64,000 bases of DNA. It comes from Phycisphaerales bacterium (lineage in GTDB: Bacteria; Planctomycetota; Phycisphaerae; Sedimentisphaerales; UBA12454). Under the pieces are notes generated by a model. That model saw only the letters and a list, made by a program, of their open reading frames with translations. It was not told the origin of the DNA and searched no databases. Numbering within the stretch: the first letter of the stretch is position 1; every line of letters starts with the position of its first letter. Where the stretch lies: positions 57 through 64,056 of the forward strand of contig PLMU01000008.1 of assembly GCA_003142595.1 (NCBI GenBank), in the 5' to 3' direction. The position numbers were made by a program, and so were the translations under genes. Positions 20,269-30,763 of the stretch are shown here, piece after piece.

Positions 20269-21620
20269 TTTACAATTTTAGGTAAATCGTTTTTTATTGT
20301 ATCGTATACAATGTCCAGTAATTTTTGTAACGTGTCCGAATCAATCGCTACCGGCGGCATAAGAACAATTACATCCGATAGAGGTCGCATCAATGCACCT
20401 TTCGGCCTCATCGCAGCACAAACCTTTGCGCCAATCATTTTTTCATAATCAAACGGCTTTTTGGTTTTTTTATCTTTTACAATTTCAACCCCTGCCATCA
20501 GCCCGCATTGGCGGACATCGCCGATGAAATCTAAAAGAGAAATTTTCTTAAGATATTCGGCGATAAGATTAATTTTGGCAGGCAGCAATTCAATAATTTT
20601 ATTTTCCTCAAAAAGTTCGAGCGATGCAATCGCCGCGGCACAGGCCAAAGCATTGCCGGTATATGTATGGCCGTGGTAAAAAGTCTTAAATTCGGCCGGT
20701 TCGCCTAAAAAGGCGTCAAAAATTTCCTGTGTTGTAAGTGTAGCCGCCAAAGGGAGATAGCCGCCGGTTATACCCTTTGCCAGACACATAATATCCGGTT
20801 CTACCTGCTCGTTTTCGCAGGCAAACATCTTACCAGTTCTGCCGAAACCTGTCGCGACCTCGTCGGCTATCAAAAGAACTCCATATTTTTTGGTAAGCCG
20901 GCGAACACCTTTCAAAAAGTCTTTCGGATGAACAATTATTCCTGCTGCGCCCTGAACAAGAGGCTCAACAATGACCGCGGCGATATTCTCAGGATTTTCC
21001 TTCAATAACTCTTCAATTTTATCAAGGCTGAATTGTTTGCATTGTTCGGCAGTGCCGTTGAAACGATAAGGAAATGGAGTCGGAGCAAAAAAAACATCGA
21101 AAAGCATCGGTTTGAAAATAGAATGGAATAATTCAATTCCGCCGACACTCACAGAGCCGATTGTATCGCCGTGATAAGACTGCCGCAGCGCAATAAATTT
21201 ATCTCTTTTTTGTTCCTTGTTGCGATAATACTGGTATGCGATTTTTAAAGCGATTTCGACGCTTGTCGCGCCGCTGTCGGAATAAAAAACTTTTTTAAGA
21301 TTTTTAGGCGCAATTGCGATAAGCTTTTCGGCAAGCTCGATTGATTTTGTCTGCGCAAGACCTAAAAGCGTGCTATGGGAGATTTTATCGAGTTGGCTTT
21401 TTATCGCGTCATCGATTTTCTTTACCCGATGGCCGTGAACGTTGCACCACAGGCTGCTTACGCCGTCGATATAACGGTTTCCCTCTGTATCGATTAAATA
21501 GAAGCCCTGGCCAGATTCAATAACCACCTGCTCAGAGGCCAGCCATTGCTTCATCTGCGTAAATGGATGCCAGAGATACTGTTTGTCAAGGTTGATTAAT
21601 TTCTCTGTTCTTCGGCTCAT
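20265..21620 (-). CDS. bioA: adenosylmethionine-8-amino-7-oxononanoate aminotransferase
   Basis: YLWHPFTQM, YHGDT, the ADEVATGFGRTGKMFA class-III aminotransferase motif and the PLP lysine context LAKGITGGY. Confidence 0.9.
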   Translation of the reverse strand: MSRRTEKLINLDKQYLWHPFTQMKQWLASEQVVIESGQGFYLIDTEGNRYIDGVSSLWCNVHGHRVKKIDDAIKSQLDKISHSTLLGLAQTKSIELAEKLIAIAPKNLKKVFYSDSGATSVEIALKIAYQYYRNKEQKRDKFIALRQSYHGDTIGSVSVGGIELFHSIFKPMLFDVFFAPTPFPYRFNGTAEQCKQFSLDKIEELLKENPENIAAVIVEPLVQGAAGIIVHPKDFLKGVRRLTKKYGVLLIADEVATGFGRTGKMFACENEQVEPDIMCLAKGITGGYLPLAATLTTQEIFDAFLGEPAEFKTFYHGHTYTGNALACAAAIASLELFEENKIIELLPAKINLIAEYLKKISLLDFIGDVRQCGLMAGVEIVKDKKTKKPFDYEKMIGAKVCAAMRPKGALMRPLSDVIVLMPPVAIDSDTLQKLLDIVYDTIKNDLPKIVK

Positions 21621-22207
21621 TATTTTTTAACGCGATGAAAATCGCTGGCGTCTTTGTCTTTAAAAAGTTCCGCTTTTTTATCAGCGCCGTATTTAAGCAT
21701 AAACTTTTGAAGTTCTTTCGTTGAAGCAGTGAGAACAATACCTCCGTTATCACTTTCGAGTTTTTCATTTTTCACGGCATTCGGTTTGGATTTAAGCAGC
21801 GAATCGATGCTGTCAGTATTCATCGAACAAAGTTTCAATATATTTTTTGACAATTCTATCTTCATAAAGGAATGGGTAGGCAAAAGATGAGATGCAAAAA
21901 AAGCGTTATCTGTCATATTCGGTTCGCCGGGATAGATATCCAGATACATAGTATTTCCGAGTTTGCCGAGACTTACGATAAATTTGCCTGATTTTTTTTC
22001 TTTGTCGATATAAATACATTCATAGCGTTTGTCTTTTGACTGTTTGAATTCCATGGTTTCATTGGGTTCCATCGATGCCCATTTACCGACGAGATTAGCG
22101 TCGAAAATCAGGTCGTTTTGTGTAAAGAGCGGATGCAGCGACGGCACACAGCCGCCCAAAATGAGGGCCAGCAGATAAAATGCGGCAATTTGTATTTTCG
22201 CCTTCAT
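21620..22207 (-). CDS. lipoprotein of unknown function
   Basis: Start placed at the internal Met, giving MKAKIQIAAFYLLALILGGC (lipobox LGGC). The stop overlaps the bioA start by 1 nt. Confidence 0.55.
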   Translation of the reverse strand: MKAKIQIAAFYLLALILGGCVPSLHPLFTQNDLIFDANLVGKWASMEPNETMEFKQSKDKRYECIYIDKEKKSGKFIVSLGKLGNTMYLDIYPGEPNMTDNAFFASHLLPTHSFMKIELSKNILKLCSMNTDSIDSLLKSKPNAVKNEKLESDNGGIVLTASTKELQKFMLKYGADKKAELFKDKDASDFHRVKK

Positions 22208-22265
22208 ATATATCTCCTTAAAAATTGATTTGCAAAACAGCCTTTGCAACGCCAATATTATAGTT

Positions 22266-22928
22266 ATGCATCAGGCAAATGAAAAGGACAAATTCGCCGC
22301 CCAAAGAGAGGCTATGGTTCTAACCCAGCTAAAGAGCCGGGATATCACCAACTCTGCCGTTTTAAACGCAATGGCTGAAATACTGCGCGAAAAATTCATA
22401 CCAGCCGAGTATTTCGACGAGGCCTATTATGACGGCCCATTGTCCATCGGTAGCGGACAAACGATAAGTCAGCCTTATATTGTCGCTCTGATGACGCAGG
22501 AATTAAAGGTTGACAAAAATTGCCAGGTTCTGGAAATCGGCACAGGCAGCGGCTATCAGACCGCGATACTTGCCAAACTTGCCAAAGAAGTTTACACAAT
22601 TGAAAGAATTGAAAATCTTTCAGCAACGGCACAAAAAACCCTTGGAGATTTAAATATATTAAATGTAAGATTCCACATTGGCGACGGTACCTGCGGCTGG
22701 CCAGAAGTTAGGCAGTTCGACAGGATTATCATTACCGCCGCGACGCCGCAATTGCCGGAGCCGCTTGCTGAACAATTAAAAATTGGCGGTCTTGCAGTTT
22801 TACCGCTGGGCGGCGAATATACTCAAGAACTTGTAACTATCGAAAAAACCAGCAGTGGATTAAAATCTAAATTTGTTTGCGGCTGCAGATTCGTTAGACT
22901 CATAGGAAAATTCGGATATACAGAATAA
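22266..22928 (+). CDS. pcm: protein-L-isoaspartate O-methyltransferase
   Basis: QTISQPYIVALM and VLEIGTGSGYQTA motifs. Start placed at the internal Met (MHQANEK); the track ORF starts at 22230. Confidence 0.85.
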   Translation: MHQANEKDKFAAQREAMVLTQLKSRDITNSAVLNAMAEILREKFIPAEYFDEAYYDGPLSIGSGQTISQPYIVALMTQELKVDKNCQVLEIGTGSGYQTAILAKLAKEVYTIERIENLSATAQKTLGDLNILNVRFHIGDGTCGWPEVRQFDRIIITAATPQLPEPLAEQLKIGGLAVLPLGGEYTQELVTIEKTSSGLKSKFVCGCRFVRLIGKFGYTE

Positions 22929-22930
22929 AA

Positions 22931-25012
22931 ATGACAGAAAAAACGTCAAATAATCTTTCGCTCGATATGCCGGTTCAATTTTTAAAAGGCGTAGGCCCGG
23001 CAAGAGCGGAAACTTTTGCGAAACTGGAGGTAAAAACCGCCGCCGATTTACTCGAATACTATCCGCGAGACTGGTTCTTCGCCCCGGGGCCTGTGAAAAT
23101 CGAACAGCTTGAAACGGACCAGACCGTTACGCTGGCCGGAGTTATCGAAAGCACCGATTGGCAGGTCTGGCGAAAACCGCCGTATTTCGAGGCTTATATC
23201 GACGACGGAACAGGCATTTGCAGAATTATCTGGTTCCACGGCAGATTCCTGCAGGACAAAATCACGCCGGGCGTAAAACTTGTCGTCTGGGGAAAGGTTA
23301 GTGAGTATAAACATCAACTCCAGCTTACCAATCCTAAATTTGTCATTATAGAAGACGATGAAATTACAGCAGACAGCTTCAGCGGACCTGTTTATCCGGC
23401 AACTGCAAACCTTTCGAGTGGACAGCTAAAAAAAATAATTCACGATTCGCTCGATAAACTTGTCGAGCTTGTGCCTGAGTTTTTTGATGCTGATTTATTA
23501 AAAAAGGCAAATCTTATCGACCGGCCAAAAGCCTTCAAATGGATGCATAATCCCGAGGATGAAACACAAATCGCACAGGCAAAACGCAGATTAAAATATG
23601 ACGAGCTTTTTTTAATGCAGACAGCAATGGCTCTGCGAAGATATAAAGTCAGACACTTTTCAAAAGCTGTCTCGCTTAAATGCACCGAACAAATTGACAG
23701 CAGGATAAGAAAAAGATTTCCATTTCTCCTAACCGAAGACCAGGACAAAGTAATCGAGGAAATTGTCGCCGATTTAGCGAAACAAGTTCCGATGAATCGG
23801 CTGCTTCAGGGCGATGTCGGCAGCGGCAAAACTGTTGTTGCGCTTTACGCGGCACTGGTAGCTATCGCCAATAAACAGCAGGTCGCGATAATGGCACCGA
23901 CGGAAATCCTTGCCGCACAACACTTTACGAGTATTGAACGCTACCTGAAAAATAGCGAAGTAAAAAGAGTTCTTATCACAGGCGGCATAACAGGTGAAAA
24001 AAGAAATGAAATCCTCGACAACATAAAATCCGGCGATACCGATATTGCCGTCGGCACTGTTGCTCTTTTGCAGGAAGATATACAATTTGCAAATCTGGCA
24101 CTGGTGATAATCGACGAGCAGCACAAGTTCGGCGTCCATCAGCGGGCAGGACTGCGGAAAGATACAACACCGCATTGTCTTGTTATGACGGCAACGCCGA
24201 TACCGAGAACGCTTGCGATGACGGTTTTCGGTGATTTGGATATATCCATTATAAAACATTCTCCGCCGGGACGAGGACAGGTGGTAACAAGACTCATTGG
24301 GCCGAAAGATTTACCAAAGGCTTATGAATTTATCCGCGAAAGACTGAAAGCTAAAAAGCAGGCGTTTTTTGTTTATCCGAGAATCGTCGACAGCGAAAAC
24401 GGCGATGTCAAAGCCGCGATTGCCGAATATGAAAACCTGAGCAAAAATATTTTCCCGGAATTTAAGGTCGGTCTCCTGCACGGGCAGATGTCCGGCGATA
24501 ATAAACAGCAAATAATGGATGATTTCCGCAAGGGAAAGATTCACTGCCTCGTTTCGACGGTGCTGATAGAAGTAGGCATTGACGTGCCGAACGCAACGAT
24601 AATGGTTATCGAAGAGGCCGACCGGTTCGGCCTTGCGCAACTGCATCAGCTTCGCGGCCGCATAGCAAGAAGCTCTTCAAAGTCGTACTGTCTGCTGGTC
24701 GCACAAACTGAAAACGAAATCGCAAAAAGCAGGCTCGAAATAATGGAACGCAGCAATGACGGCTTTGAAATCGCAGAGCACGATTTGAAACTGCGCGGGC
24801 CGGGTGAGCTTTTGAGCTCCCGCCAGCACGGCCTGCCCGATTTTAAAATCGCAAATATAATCGACGATTTCGACCTTTTGCAGATGGCTAGAAAAGACGC
24901 TTTTGAATTGGTTGAAAAAGACCCGATGCTGACATCGGTCATGCATAAAAATATCCGCACCGAGCTTGTTCGCAAATTCAGCAGCAGCCTGACACTGGTT
25001 GACGTAGCCTGA
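22931..25012 (+). CDS. recG: ATP-dependent DNA helicase RecG
   Basis: Wedge domain, GDVGSGKT, DEQHKFGV, TATPIPRT and QLHQLRGRIAR. Confidence 0.9.
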   Translation: MTEKTSNNLSLDMPVQFLKGVGPARAETFAKLEVKTAADLLEYYPRDWFFAPGPVKIEQLETDQTVTLAGVIESTDWQVWRKPPYFEAYIDDGTGICRIIWFHGRFLQDKITPGVKLVVWGKVSEYKHQLQLTNPKFVIIEDDEITADSFSGPVYPATANLSSGQLKKIIHDSLDKLVELVPEFFDADLLKKANLIDRPKAFKWMHNPEDETQIAQAKRRLKYDELFLMQTAMALRRYKVRHFSKAVSLKCTEQIDSRIRKRFPFLLTEDQDKVIEEIVADLAKQVPMNRLLQGDVGSGKTVVALYAALVAIANKQQVAIMAPTEILAAQHFTSIERYLKNSEVKRVLITGGITGEKRNEILDNIKSGDTDIAVGTVALLQEDIQFANLALVIIDEQHKFGVHQRAGLRKDTTPHCLVMTATPIPRTLAMTVFGDLDISIIKHSPPGRGQVVTRLIGPKDLPKAYEFIRERLKAKKQAFFVYPRIVDSENGDVKAAIAEYENLSKNIFPEFKVGLLHGQMSGDNKQQIMDDFRKGKIHCLVSTVLIEVGIDVPNATIMVIEEADRFGLAQLHQLRGRIARSSSKSYCLLVAQTENEIAKSRLEIMERSNDGFEIAEHDLKLRGPGELLSSRQHGLPDFKIANIIDDFDLLQMARKDAFELVEKDPMLTSVMHKNIRTELVRKFSSSLTLVDVA

Positions 25013-25089
25013 TAATTTTAATCTCCTTGCAAAATCCAATATTTTAATTAGAATAATAATCTAATTTTATTGATTAAGGAGGAATTTCA

Positions 25090-26397
25090 ATGGTAGATAT
25101 TCACGATTTCGGAGCTGTCGGAGACGGGAAAACCAATAATACCGCCGCTTTTTCCAAAGCCATCGATAAAGGCGGAAAGGTAATTGTCCCTTCTGGGAAA
25201 TACCTGACCGGCCCGATTCATTTCAAAAGCAATATGACCCTGCACCTTGAGAAAGATGCAGTAATATTATTCAGCGATAATTTCGACGATTACCCGGCGG
25301 CAAAATCAAGATGGGAAGGTGTGGAGTGCTACGGATATTCGCCTTGTCTTTACGGCGAAAATCTGGAAAATATCTCAATCACCGGCCCCGGAATAATTGA
25401 CGGCCAGGGACAAGCATGGTGGAAAGAATTTAGAAAACGCAAACAGGGTCCCAAAGAACCAGTTACCGCCCGCGACAAAGAATTCGTAAAACTTAATGAC
25501 GGTATCGACTTGTCGGCTTGCGGCGGAGGCGGTATTAAATCTTTCTTTTTCAGGCCGCCGCTGATTCAATTTAATAAGTGTTCAAATGTATTGCTCGACG
25601 GTTTTACGGTTCGCAACTCTCCATTCTGGAATACACATATTCTTTATTGTAAAAATGTTATAATTAAAAACGCAACATTTCAAAATCCCGAAGACGGAAA
25701 TAACGGCGACGGGCTGGATATCGATTCCTGCAATGGAGTTCAGATATCAGGCTGTAATTTCGACGTGAATGACGATTGCCTTGTCTTTAAATCCGGCATT
25801 GGCGAAGACGGCATACGCGTGAATAAACCCTGCGAAAACGTTGTCGTAAAGAACTGTAAAATGCTGCATGGTCATGGCAGCATTGTAATGGGTTCTGAAA
25901 CCGCAGGCGGCATTAGAAATATAGAAATCTCCGATTGCGTTTTAAACGGAACCGACCGCGGCATCAGAATAAAATCCAGACGCGGAAGAGCCGGCGGAGT
26001 GGAAAATCTTACGCTTAATAAAATCACTATGAACGGCGTGGGCTGTCCGATAGTTATGCATTTGTATTATGAATGCGGCGCCCAGCCGGAAGAAATTCCG
26101 GCCCTTTCCGATCGAAATGCAAGGCCAATCACGGCAACTACGCCTTACATTAGAAACGTAAAAATAACAAACGTCACAGCCAATAACGCTCAAACCGCAG
26201 CGTGCGTCTTTTTAGGTCTGCCGGAAAGACCGATTTCAAATGTTTTATTTGAGAATGTCAAAATAACAGTGGATAAAAACGGCAAACCCGGACGTCCGGC
26301 AATGGCTTTTGGCATGAAAGAAATGCATGGCGAAGGACTCATTGTAGATCTTGTGGAAAACTTTGTTCAGCGAAATACCCATATAGAAATAAAATAA
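25090..26397 (+). CDS. glycoside hydrolase family 28 (polygalacturonase-like, right-handed beta-helix)
   Basis: FGAVGDGKTNNTAAFSKAI, NGDGLDIDSC, DDCLVFKSG, GHGSIVMGSE and RGIRIKS, the conserved GH28 catalytic motifs (NxD, DD, GHG, RIK). Confidence 0.8.
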   Translation: MVDIHDFGAVGDGKTNNTAAFSKAIDKGGKVIVPSGKYLTGPIHFKSNMTLHLEKDAVILFSDNFDDYPAAKSRWEGVECYGYSPCLYGENLENISITGPGIIDGQGQAWWKEFRKRKQGPKEPVTARDKEFVKLNDGIDLSACGGGGIKSFFFRPPLIQFNKCSNVLLDGFTVRNSPFWNTHILYCKNVIIKNATFQNPEDGNNGDGLDIDSCNGVQISGCNFDVNDDCLVFKSGIGEDGIRVNKPCENVVVKNCKMLHGHGSIVMGSETAGGIRNIEISDCVLNGTDRGIRIKSRRGRAGGVENLTLNKITMNGVGCPIVMHLYYECGAQPEEIPALSDRNARPITATTPYIRNVKITNVTANNAQTAACVFLGLPERPISNVLFENVKITVDKNGKPGRPAMAFGMKEMHGEGLIVDLVENFVQRNTHIEIK

Positions 26398-26403
26398 TAG
26401 CTC

Positions 26404-27804
26404 TTAGTGGGAATTATTTTCGCCGGCAAGATATTTTACTATATCGCCCACCACTGCTTTGGCGTCGCCGAAAACCATTAGCGTCTTTTCGGCATAGTAA
26501 AGGTCATTTTCAATACCGGCAAAACCGGGATTCATACTGCGTTTGATAGCAAGGCAAGATTTAGCTTTATCTGCGTCAATAATAGGCATACCGTAAATTG
26601 GACTGCTTTTGTTCGTACGGGCGGCAGGATTTACAACGTCGTTTGCGCCGACGACAAGCGCAACATCAACCTGCGGCATCTCCGGGTTGATATCGTCCAT
26701 CTCGACAAGGTCGGTATATGGAATGTTAGCCTCAGCCAGCAGAACATTCATGTGCCCCGGCATTCGGCCCGCCACAGGATGAATTGCGAATTTAACTATG
26801 ATGCCGCGTTTAGTGAGCTGGTCGTAAAGCTCCTTCACTCGATGCTGCGCCTGTGCGACTGCCATACCGTATCCGGGCACAATAACAACTTTTGCCGCCT
26901 GTTCCATAATTTGTGCGGCATCTTCCGGAGTCGCACTTTTTACAGTTCTTTGCTGCGTCTCGGCGCTTGCGGCCTGGACCTGACCGAATGCTCCGAACAG
27001 AATATTTGTGAAACTGCGGTTCATCGCCTTGCACATAATAATTGAAAGAATCAAGCCTGACGAACCATCGAGCGCGCCAGCAATGATAAGGAGCTTGTTA
27101 TCCATAACAAAGCCCATAGCCACAGCCGAAAGGCCGGCATAAGCATTCAGCATGGAAATGACCGTCGGCATATCCGCCCCGCCGATTGGTATAATCAACA
27201 GGACGCCAAACAGTAATGCCAAAAAAATGATAACAGGAAAAATGAATTTATAATTTGTGTCAATCGACAGCACTATACAGCCGATGACGGCAACGCCCAA
27301 AAGACCAATATTGACGAGGTTTTGCCCTTTATAGGTGATTGGACGCGTCGGAATAATTTCCTGCAATTTGCCGGCGGCCATCAAACTGCCGGTGAAAGTC
27401 AAAAATCCCAAAAGCACCTCGGCACAAAGCGCTGCTGCCCGGAAGTGACCAAGCTCGTGTCCGGATGAGCTGAAGCTGAGATAAAACTCAGCGACGCCGA
27501 CAAGCCCGGCAGCCAAGCCGCCAAATGCGTGCGAAAGAGCCGTTCGCTGGGGAACAGCCGTCAGCGGAACCCAGGACAATGGAACGCCTACAACCGTCCC
27601 GACTATAACCGCCAGCGCAATCCATTTATAATTCACCGCTACTATCGCAGGATTCATCAAGGTGCCTATTACGGCTACGAGCATTGCGGCAACGCCGGAA
27701 ATCACACCCCGACGAGCGGTTTGCGGATCGTTCATCCACTTCAAAGAAAAAACAAACAGGACGGCAGAAATCAGATATACAATATTAATGTAGTAGTTGC
27801 TCAT
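26404..27804 (-). CDS. pntB: NAD(P) transhydrogenase subunit beta
   Basis: Polytopic N-terminus and dIII domain (VPGYGMAVAQAQH, VGANDVVNP). Confidence 0.9.
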   Translation of the reverse strand: MSNYYINIVYLISAVLFVFSLKWMNDPQTARRGVISGVAAMLVAVIGTLMNPAIVAVNYKWIALAVIVGTVVGVPLSWVPLTAVPQRTALSHAFGGLAAGLVGVAEFYLSFSSSGHELGHFRAAALCAEVLLGFLTFTGSLMAAGKLQEIIPTRPITYKGQNLVNIGLLGVAVIGCIVLSIDTNYKFIFPVIIFLALLFGVLLIIPIGGADMPTVISMLNAYAGLSAVAMGFVMDNKLLIIAGALDGSSGLILSIIMCKAMNRSFTNILFGAFGQVQAASAETQQRTVKSATPEDAAQIMEQAAKVVIVPGYGMAVAQAQHRVKELYDQLTKRGIIVKFAIHPVAGRMPGHMNVLLAEANIPYTDLVEMDDINPEMPQVDVALVVGANDVVNPAARTNKSSPIYGMPIIDADKAKSCLAIKRSMNPGFAGIENDLYYAEKTLMVFGDAKAVVGDIVKYLAGENNSH

Positions 27805-28097
27805 TTACTGGCCTCGCGTTTTTTGAACATCTTCAGCATACGGTCGGTAATCAAAAAACCGCTAACGATATTGCAAACAGAGGCCGCAATAGCGACAAGA
27901 CCTATAATGTTAAATTTAAAATCCGCGTTCTGCTGGCCGGCGATAATAATAGAGCCGACCACGGCAATCGCTGAAATCGCGTTGGTAAGAGACATCAAAG
28001 GCGTATGCAGCAGGCGCGAGACTCGGCGGATAACGTCCAAGCCGATAAACGTCGCAAGCACAAAGACAAAAAGCAATGAAATATAATCAATTTTCAT
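27801..28097 (-). CDS. pntAB: NAD(P) transhydrogenase subunit alpha part 2 (membrane)
   Basis: 98 aa with three TM helices, lying between pntAA and pntB, the typical three-gene pnt layout. Confidence 0.85.
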   Translation of the reverse strand: MKIDYISLLFVFVLATFIGLDVIRRVSRLLHTPLMSLTNAISAIAVVGSIIIAGQQNADFKFNIIGLVAIAASVCNIVSGFLITDRMLKMFKKREASK

Positions 28098-28116
28098 TCA
28101 GAGATTTCCTTAAAAA

Positions 28117-29241
28117 CTACTTTTTAACTACAGGGCTTATAATCTGTCCGTTGTGCGTCATCAGGCAGCTTTTAATAATTTCATCTTCGAGATTCAGAAC
28201 GAAATTTTTAGCGTCCTTGTCCCAGAACTCCTCGATTAGACTGAGCAGGTTAGTGGAATAAACTTTGCTTGCCGGAACCGGCACACGGCCCGGCAAATTT
28301 TCCAGACCGATAATTTTAACGCCGTTCTTATCGATAATCTGATTTAAAACCGAACCTTCGACATTGCCGCCGCTTTCGATTGGCAAATCCACAATTACAC
28401 TGCCCTTTTTCATTCCGGCCACAATATCGGCCGTAATGATAATCGGAGCTTTTTTGCCGAAAACCTGAGCTGTAGTAATTACCACATCAGCCGAGGCGCA
28501 AAGTTTTTTCATTCCTTCCCGCTGTTTGGCTATCTGCTCTTCGGTAAGCGCTTTGGCGTAACCATCTTTCGTCTGGCCGGTTTCGCCAAGGTCGATTTGA
28601 GTAAATTTTGCGCCCAGCGACTGCACCTGTTCGGCCACTACCGGTCTTGTATCGAAGGCTTCAACATTTGCGCCGAGGCGCCTGGCTGTTGCGATGGCCT
28701 GCAGACCGGCAACACCTGCTCCGATGATAAACACTTTAGTCGCCATAATCGTGCCGGCGGCGGTTGTCATCATCGGGAAAATACGGTTGAGGTTGTCGGC
28801 AGCCAAAAGGACCGCTACGTAACCGGCCAGGTTGGCCTGCGAAGTAAGAGCGTCCATCTTTTGTGCACGCGTGATGCGCGGAATCATTTCCATACTGATG
28901 GCGCTGACTTTTTGGGCGGCTAATTTCTGAATTAAGTCCGATTCGTTGAACGGGTCGAGAAAACTGATATGAATACTTCCCTGCTTTAACCAGCCGATTT
29001 CTTCAATCGGCGGCTTGCGAAGCCGCAGCACCATATCCGCCGCCGACAAACCCGCCTGATGATTCTGTTCTACAGTCGCGCCGGCTGCGATATAATCGGC
29101 ATCTGAATATTCGCAGGTATTGCCAAGGCCGGCTTCAACGATAACTTCTGCTCCTCGTTTGACTAATTTGGCGGCGTTTTCCGGAACCATAGCAGTGCGG
29201 TTTTCGCCGGGATGCCTTTCTTTTGCGATATAAATTCTCAC
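28117..29241 (-). CDS. pntAA: NAD(P) transhydrogenase subunit alpha part 1
   Basis: Alanine dehydrogenase/PNT fold with Rossmann motif VFIIGAGVAGLQAIATARRLGA. Confidence 0.9.
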   Translation of the reverse strand: MRIYIAKERHPGENRTAMVPENAAKLVKRGAEVIVEAGLGNTCEYSDADYIAAGATVEQNHQAGLSAADMVLRLRKPPIEEIGWLKQGSIHISFLDPFNESDLIQKLAAQKVSAISMEMIPRITRAQKMDALTSQANLAGYVAVLLAADNLNRIFPMMTTAAGTIMATKVFIIGAGVAGLQAIATARRLGANVEAFDTRPVVAEQVQSLGAKFTQIDLGETGQTKDGYAKALTEEQIAKQREGMKKLCASADVVITTAQVFGKKAPIIITADIVAGMKKGSVIVDLPIESGGNVEGSVLNQIIDKNGVKIIGLENLPGRVPVPASKVYSTNLLSLIEEFWDKDAKNFVLNLEDEIIKSCLMTHNGQIISPVVKK

Positions 29242-29482
29242 TTAATCGCGTTCCTTCATTTAATAAAGCAAAAATTTTCGATAAAAATAGTGGACTAATT
29301 ATACTTAGTATAAAAATGTTTGCTATTAAAAACAATTTAGTTCAAACAAAATGGTGTGTATAATACTATATTAAATATAAAATTATGTAATAATTATAGG
29401 ACTTATATTTGAGATAATTGATATCCCCTTACTCACTTTATTATTCAAAAGGGCACATTTCTTTTTTTGATGTCAATTTATT

Positions 29483-29503
29483 AATGGTATTGCGGATACC
29501 ATT
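29483..29503. promoter_or_regulatory. perfect 8-bp inverted repeat (AATGGTAT-N5-ATACCATT), possible operator upstream of the RND operon
   Basis: Read directly in the sequence, about 105 nt upstream of the adaptor gene's start, inside a 366-nt very AT-rich intergenic region. Confidence 0.25.
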
Positions 29504-29607
29504 ATACCTTATAACCTTAAGCATTGTACTTATATAGGCTTACTTTTATGCCGATACCAATAATAAGTAATTTTTTATGTTACCAAAAACATTCCTGGAA
29601 TACTTAT

Positions 29608-30753
29608 ATGAATATGTTGAGAATAAAAAATCGGCTATTTACTCAGATTCTCTGCGTAACAATAATACTAACGCTTGCCGGATTAACTTTTAGCGGCTGC
29701 AGAAAAAAGCAGGCGGCAGTTGAACGGCCGGTTGTCTGGGTTTCTGCATCTGAGGCTGTTAGTCAGGATGTGCCGGTATCTCTTGACGAAATCGGTTCCT
29801 GCACCGCACGGGAAAATGTGTCGATTCGTCCGCAGGCCTCCGGCCAAATCACCGAAATAAATTTCACTGACGGCTCCGACCTGAAAAAAGGCGACCTGCT
29901 CTTTACTATCGACCCGCGTCCTTACGAGGCGGCACTCAAACAAGCTCAGGCAAATTTGACCAAGAGCACTGCATCGCTGGATCTGGCCAAATCGTCATTC
30001 GAACGCGTCAAGGAACTCCTTCCAAGTGGTGCTATTTCTAAAGACGCCTATGACACTAAACAAAATGCTGTGATACTTGCCGAGGCGCAGGTACAGGCAG
30101 ACCAGGCCGCCCTGCAAATGGCCCAGGTCAACCTAGAATATTGCTTCATACATTCGCCCATTGACGGCCGCGCAGGACAGCGTAATGTAGATGTCGGCAA
30201 CGTTGTAATAGCAAGCACCGGCTCTGACAGCACTGTGCTTCTTGTCGTCCAGCAACTAGACCCGATTTATGCCGACTTTACAATTCCTGAGCAGAGCCTT
30301 GAATCGGTTCGTCAGGAAATGGCAAAGGGCAAGTTGAAAACCTATGTACGCCTGCCTGATAAACCTGATGCCAATGCTCGCCAGGGAACCCTGACGTTTC
30401 TGGATAATACCGTCAAACAGGAAACCAGTACGATTAAGCTCCGCGCCACCATGCCAAACCCCGACCATTATTTCTGGCCTGGGCAATTCGTCCATGTAAA
30501 GCTCGTACTCAATGTCGAGAAGGATGTAGTACTCGTTCCGTCTGAGGCAGTGCAGAGCAGCCAGACTGGACAATTCGTTTACGTAGTCAAACCCGACCAG
30601 ACGGTCGAGTTCAGACCTGTCGTTGCCAAAAGAGCTCTGGACGGCCGGACTGTTGTCGATGGCGTAAAGGCCAAAGAAGTAGTCGTTACCGATGGCCATC
30701 TTCGATTGGTCCCCGGCGCAAAAGTTCAGATAAAAACATCTGAAAAAAAGTGA
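29608..30753 (+). CDS. RND efflux periplasmic adaptor (MFP) lipoprotein
   Basis: Lipobox LTFSGC; GQITEINFTDGSDLKKGDLLFTIDPRPYEAAL, the lipoyl/hairpin signature of the AcrA/MexA family. Start placed at the internal Met. Confidence 0.85.
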   Translation: MNMLRIKNRLFTQILCVTIILTLAGLTFSGCRKKQAAVERPVVWVSASEAVSQDVPVSLDEIGSCTARENVSIRPQASGQITEINFTDGSDLKKGDLLFTIDPRPYEAALKQAQANLTKSTASLDLAKSSFERVKELLPSGAISKDAYDTKQNAVILAEAQVQADQAALQMAQVNLEYCFIHSPIDGRAGQRNVDVGNVVIASTGSDSTVLLVVQQLDPIYADFTIPEQSLESVRQEMAKGKLKTYVRLPDKPDANARQGTLTFLDNTVKQETSTIKLRATMPNPDHYFWPGQFVHVKLVLNVEKDVVLVPSEAVQSSQTGQFVYVVKPDQTVEFRPVVAKRALDGRTVVDGVKAKEVVVTDGHLRLVPGAKVQIKTSEKK

Positions 30754-30763
30754 GGCTGAGTCT

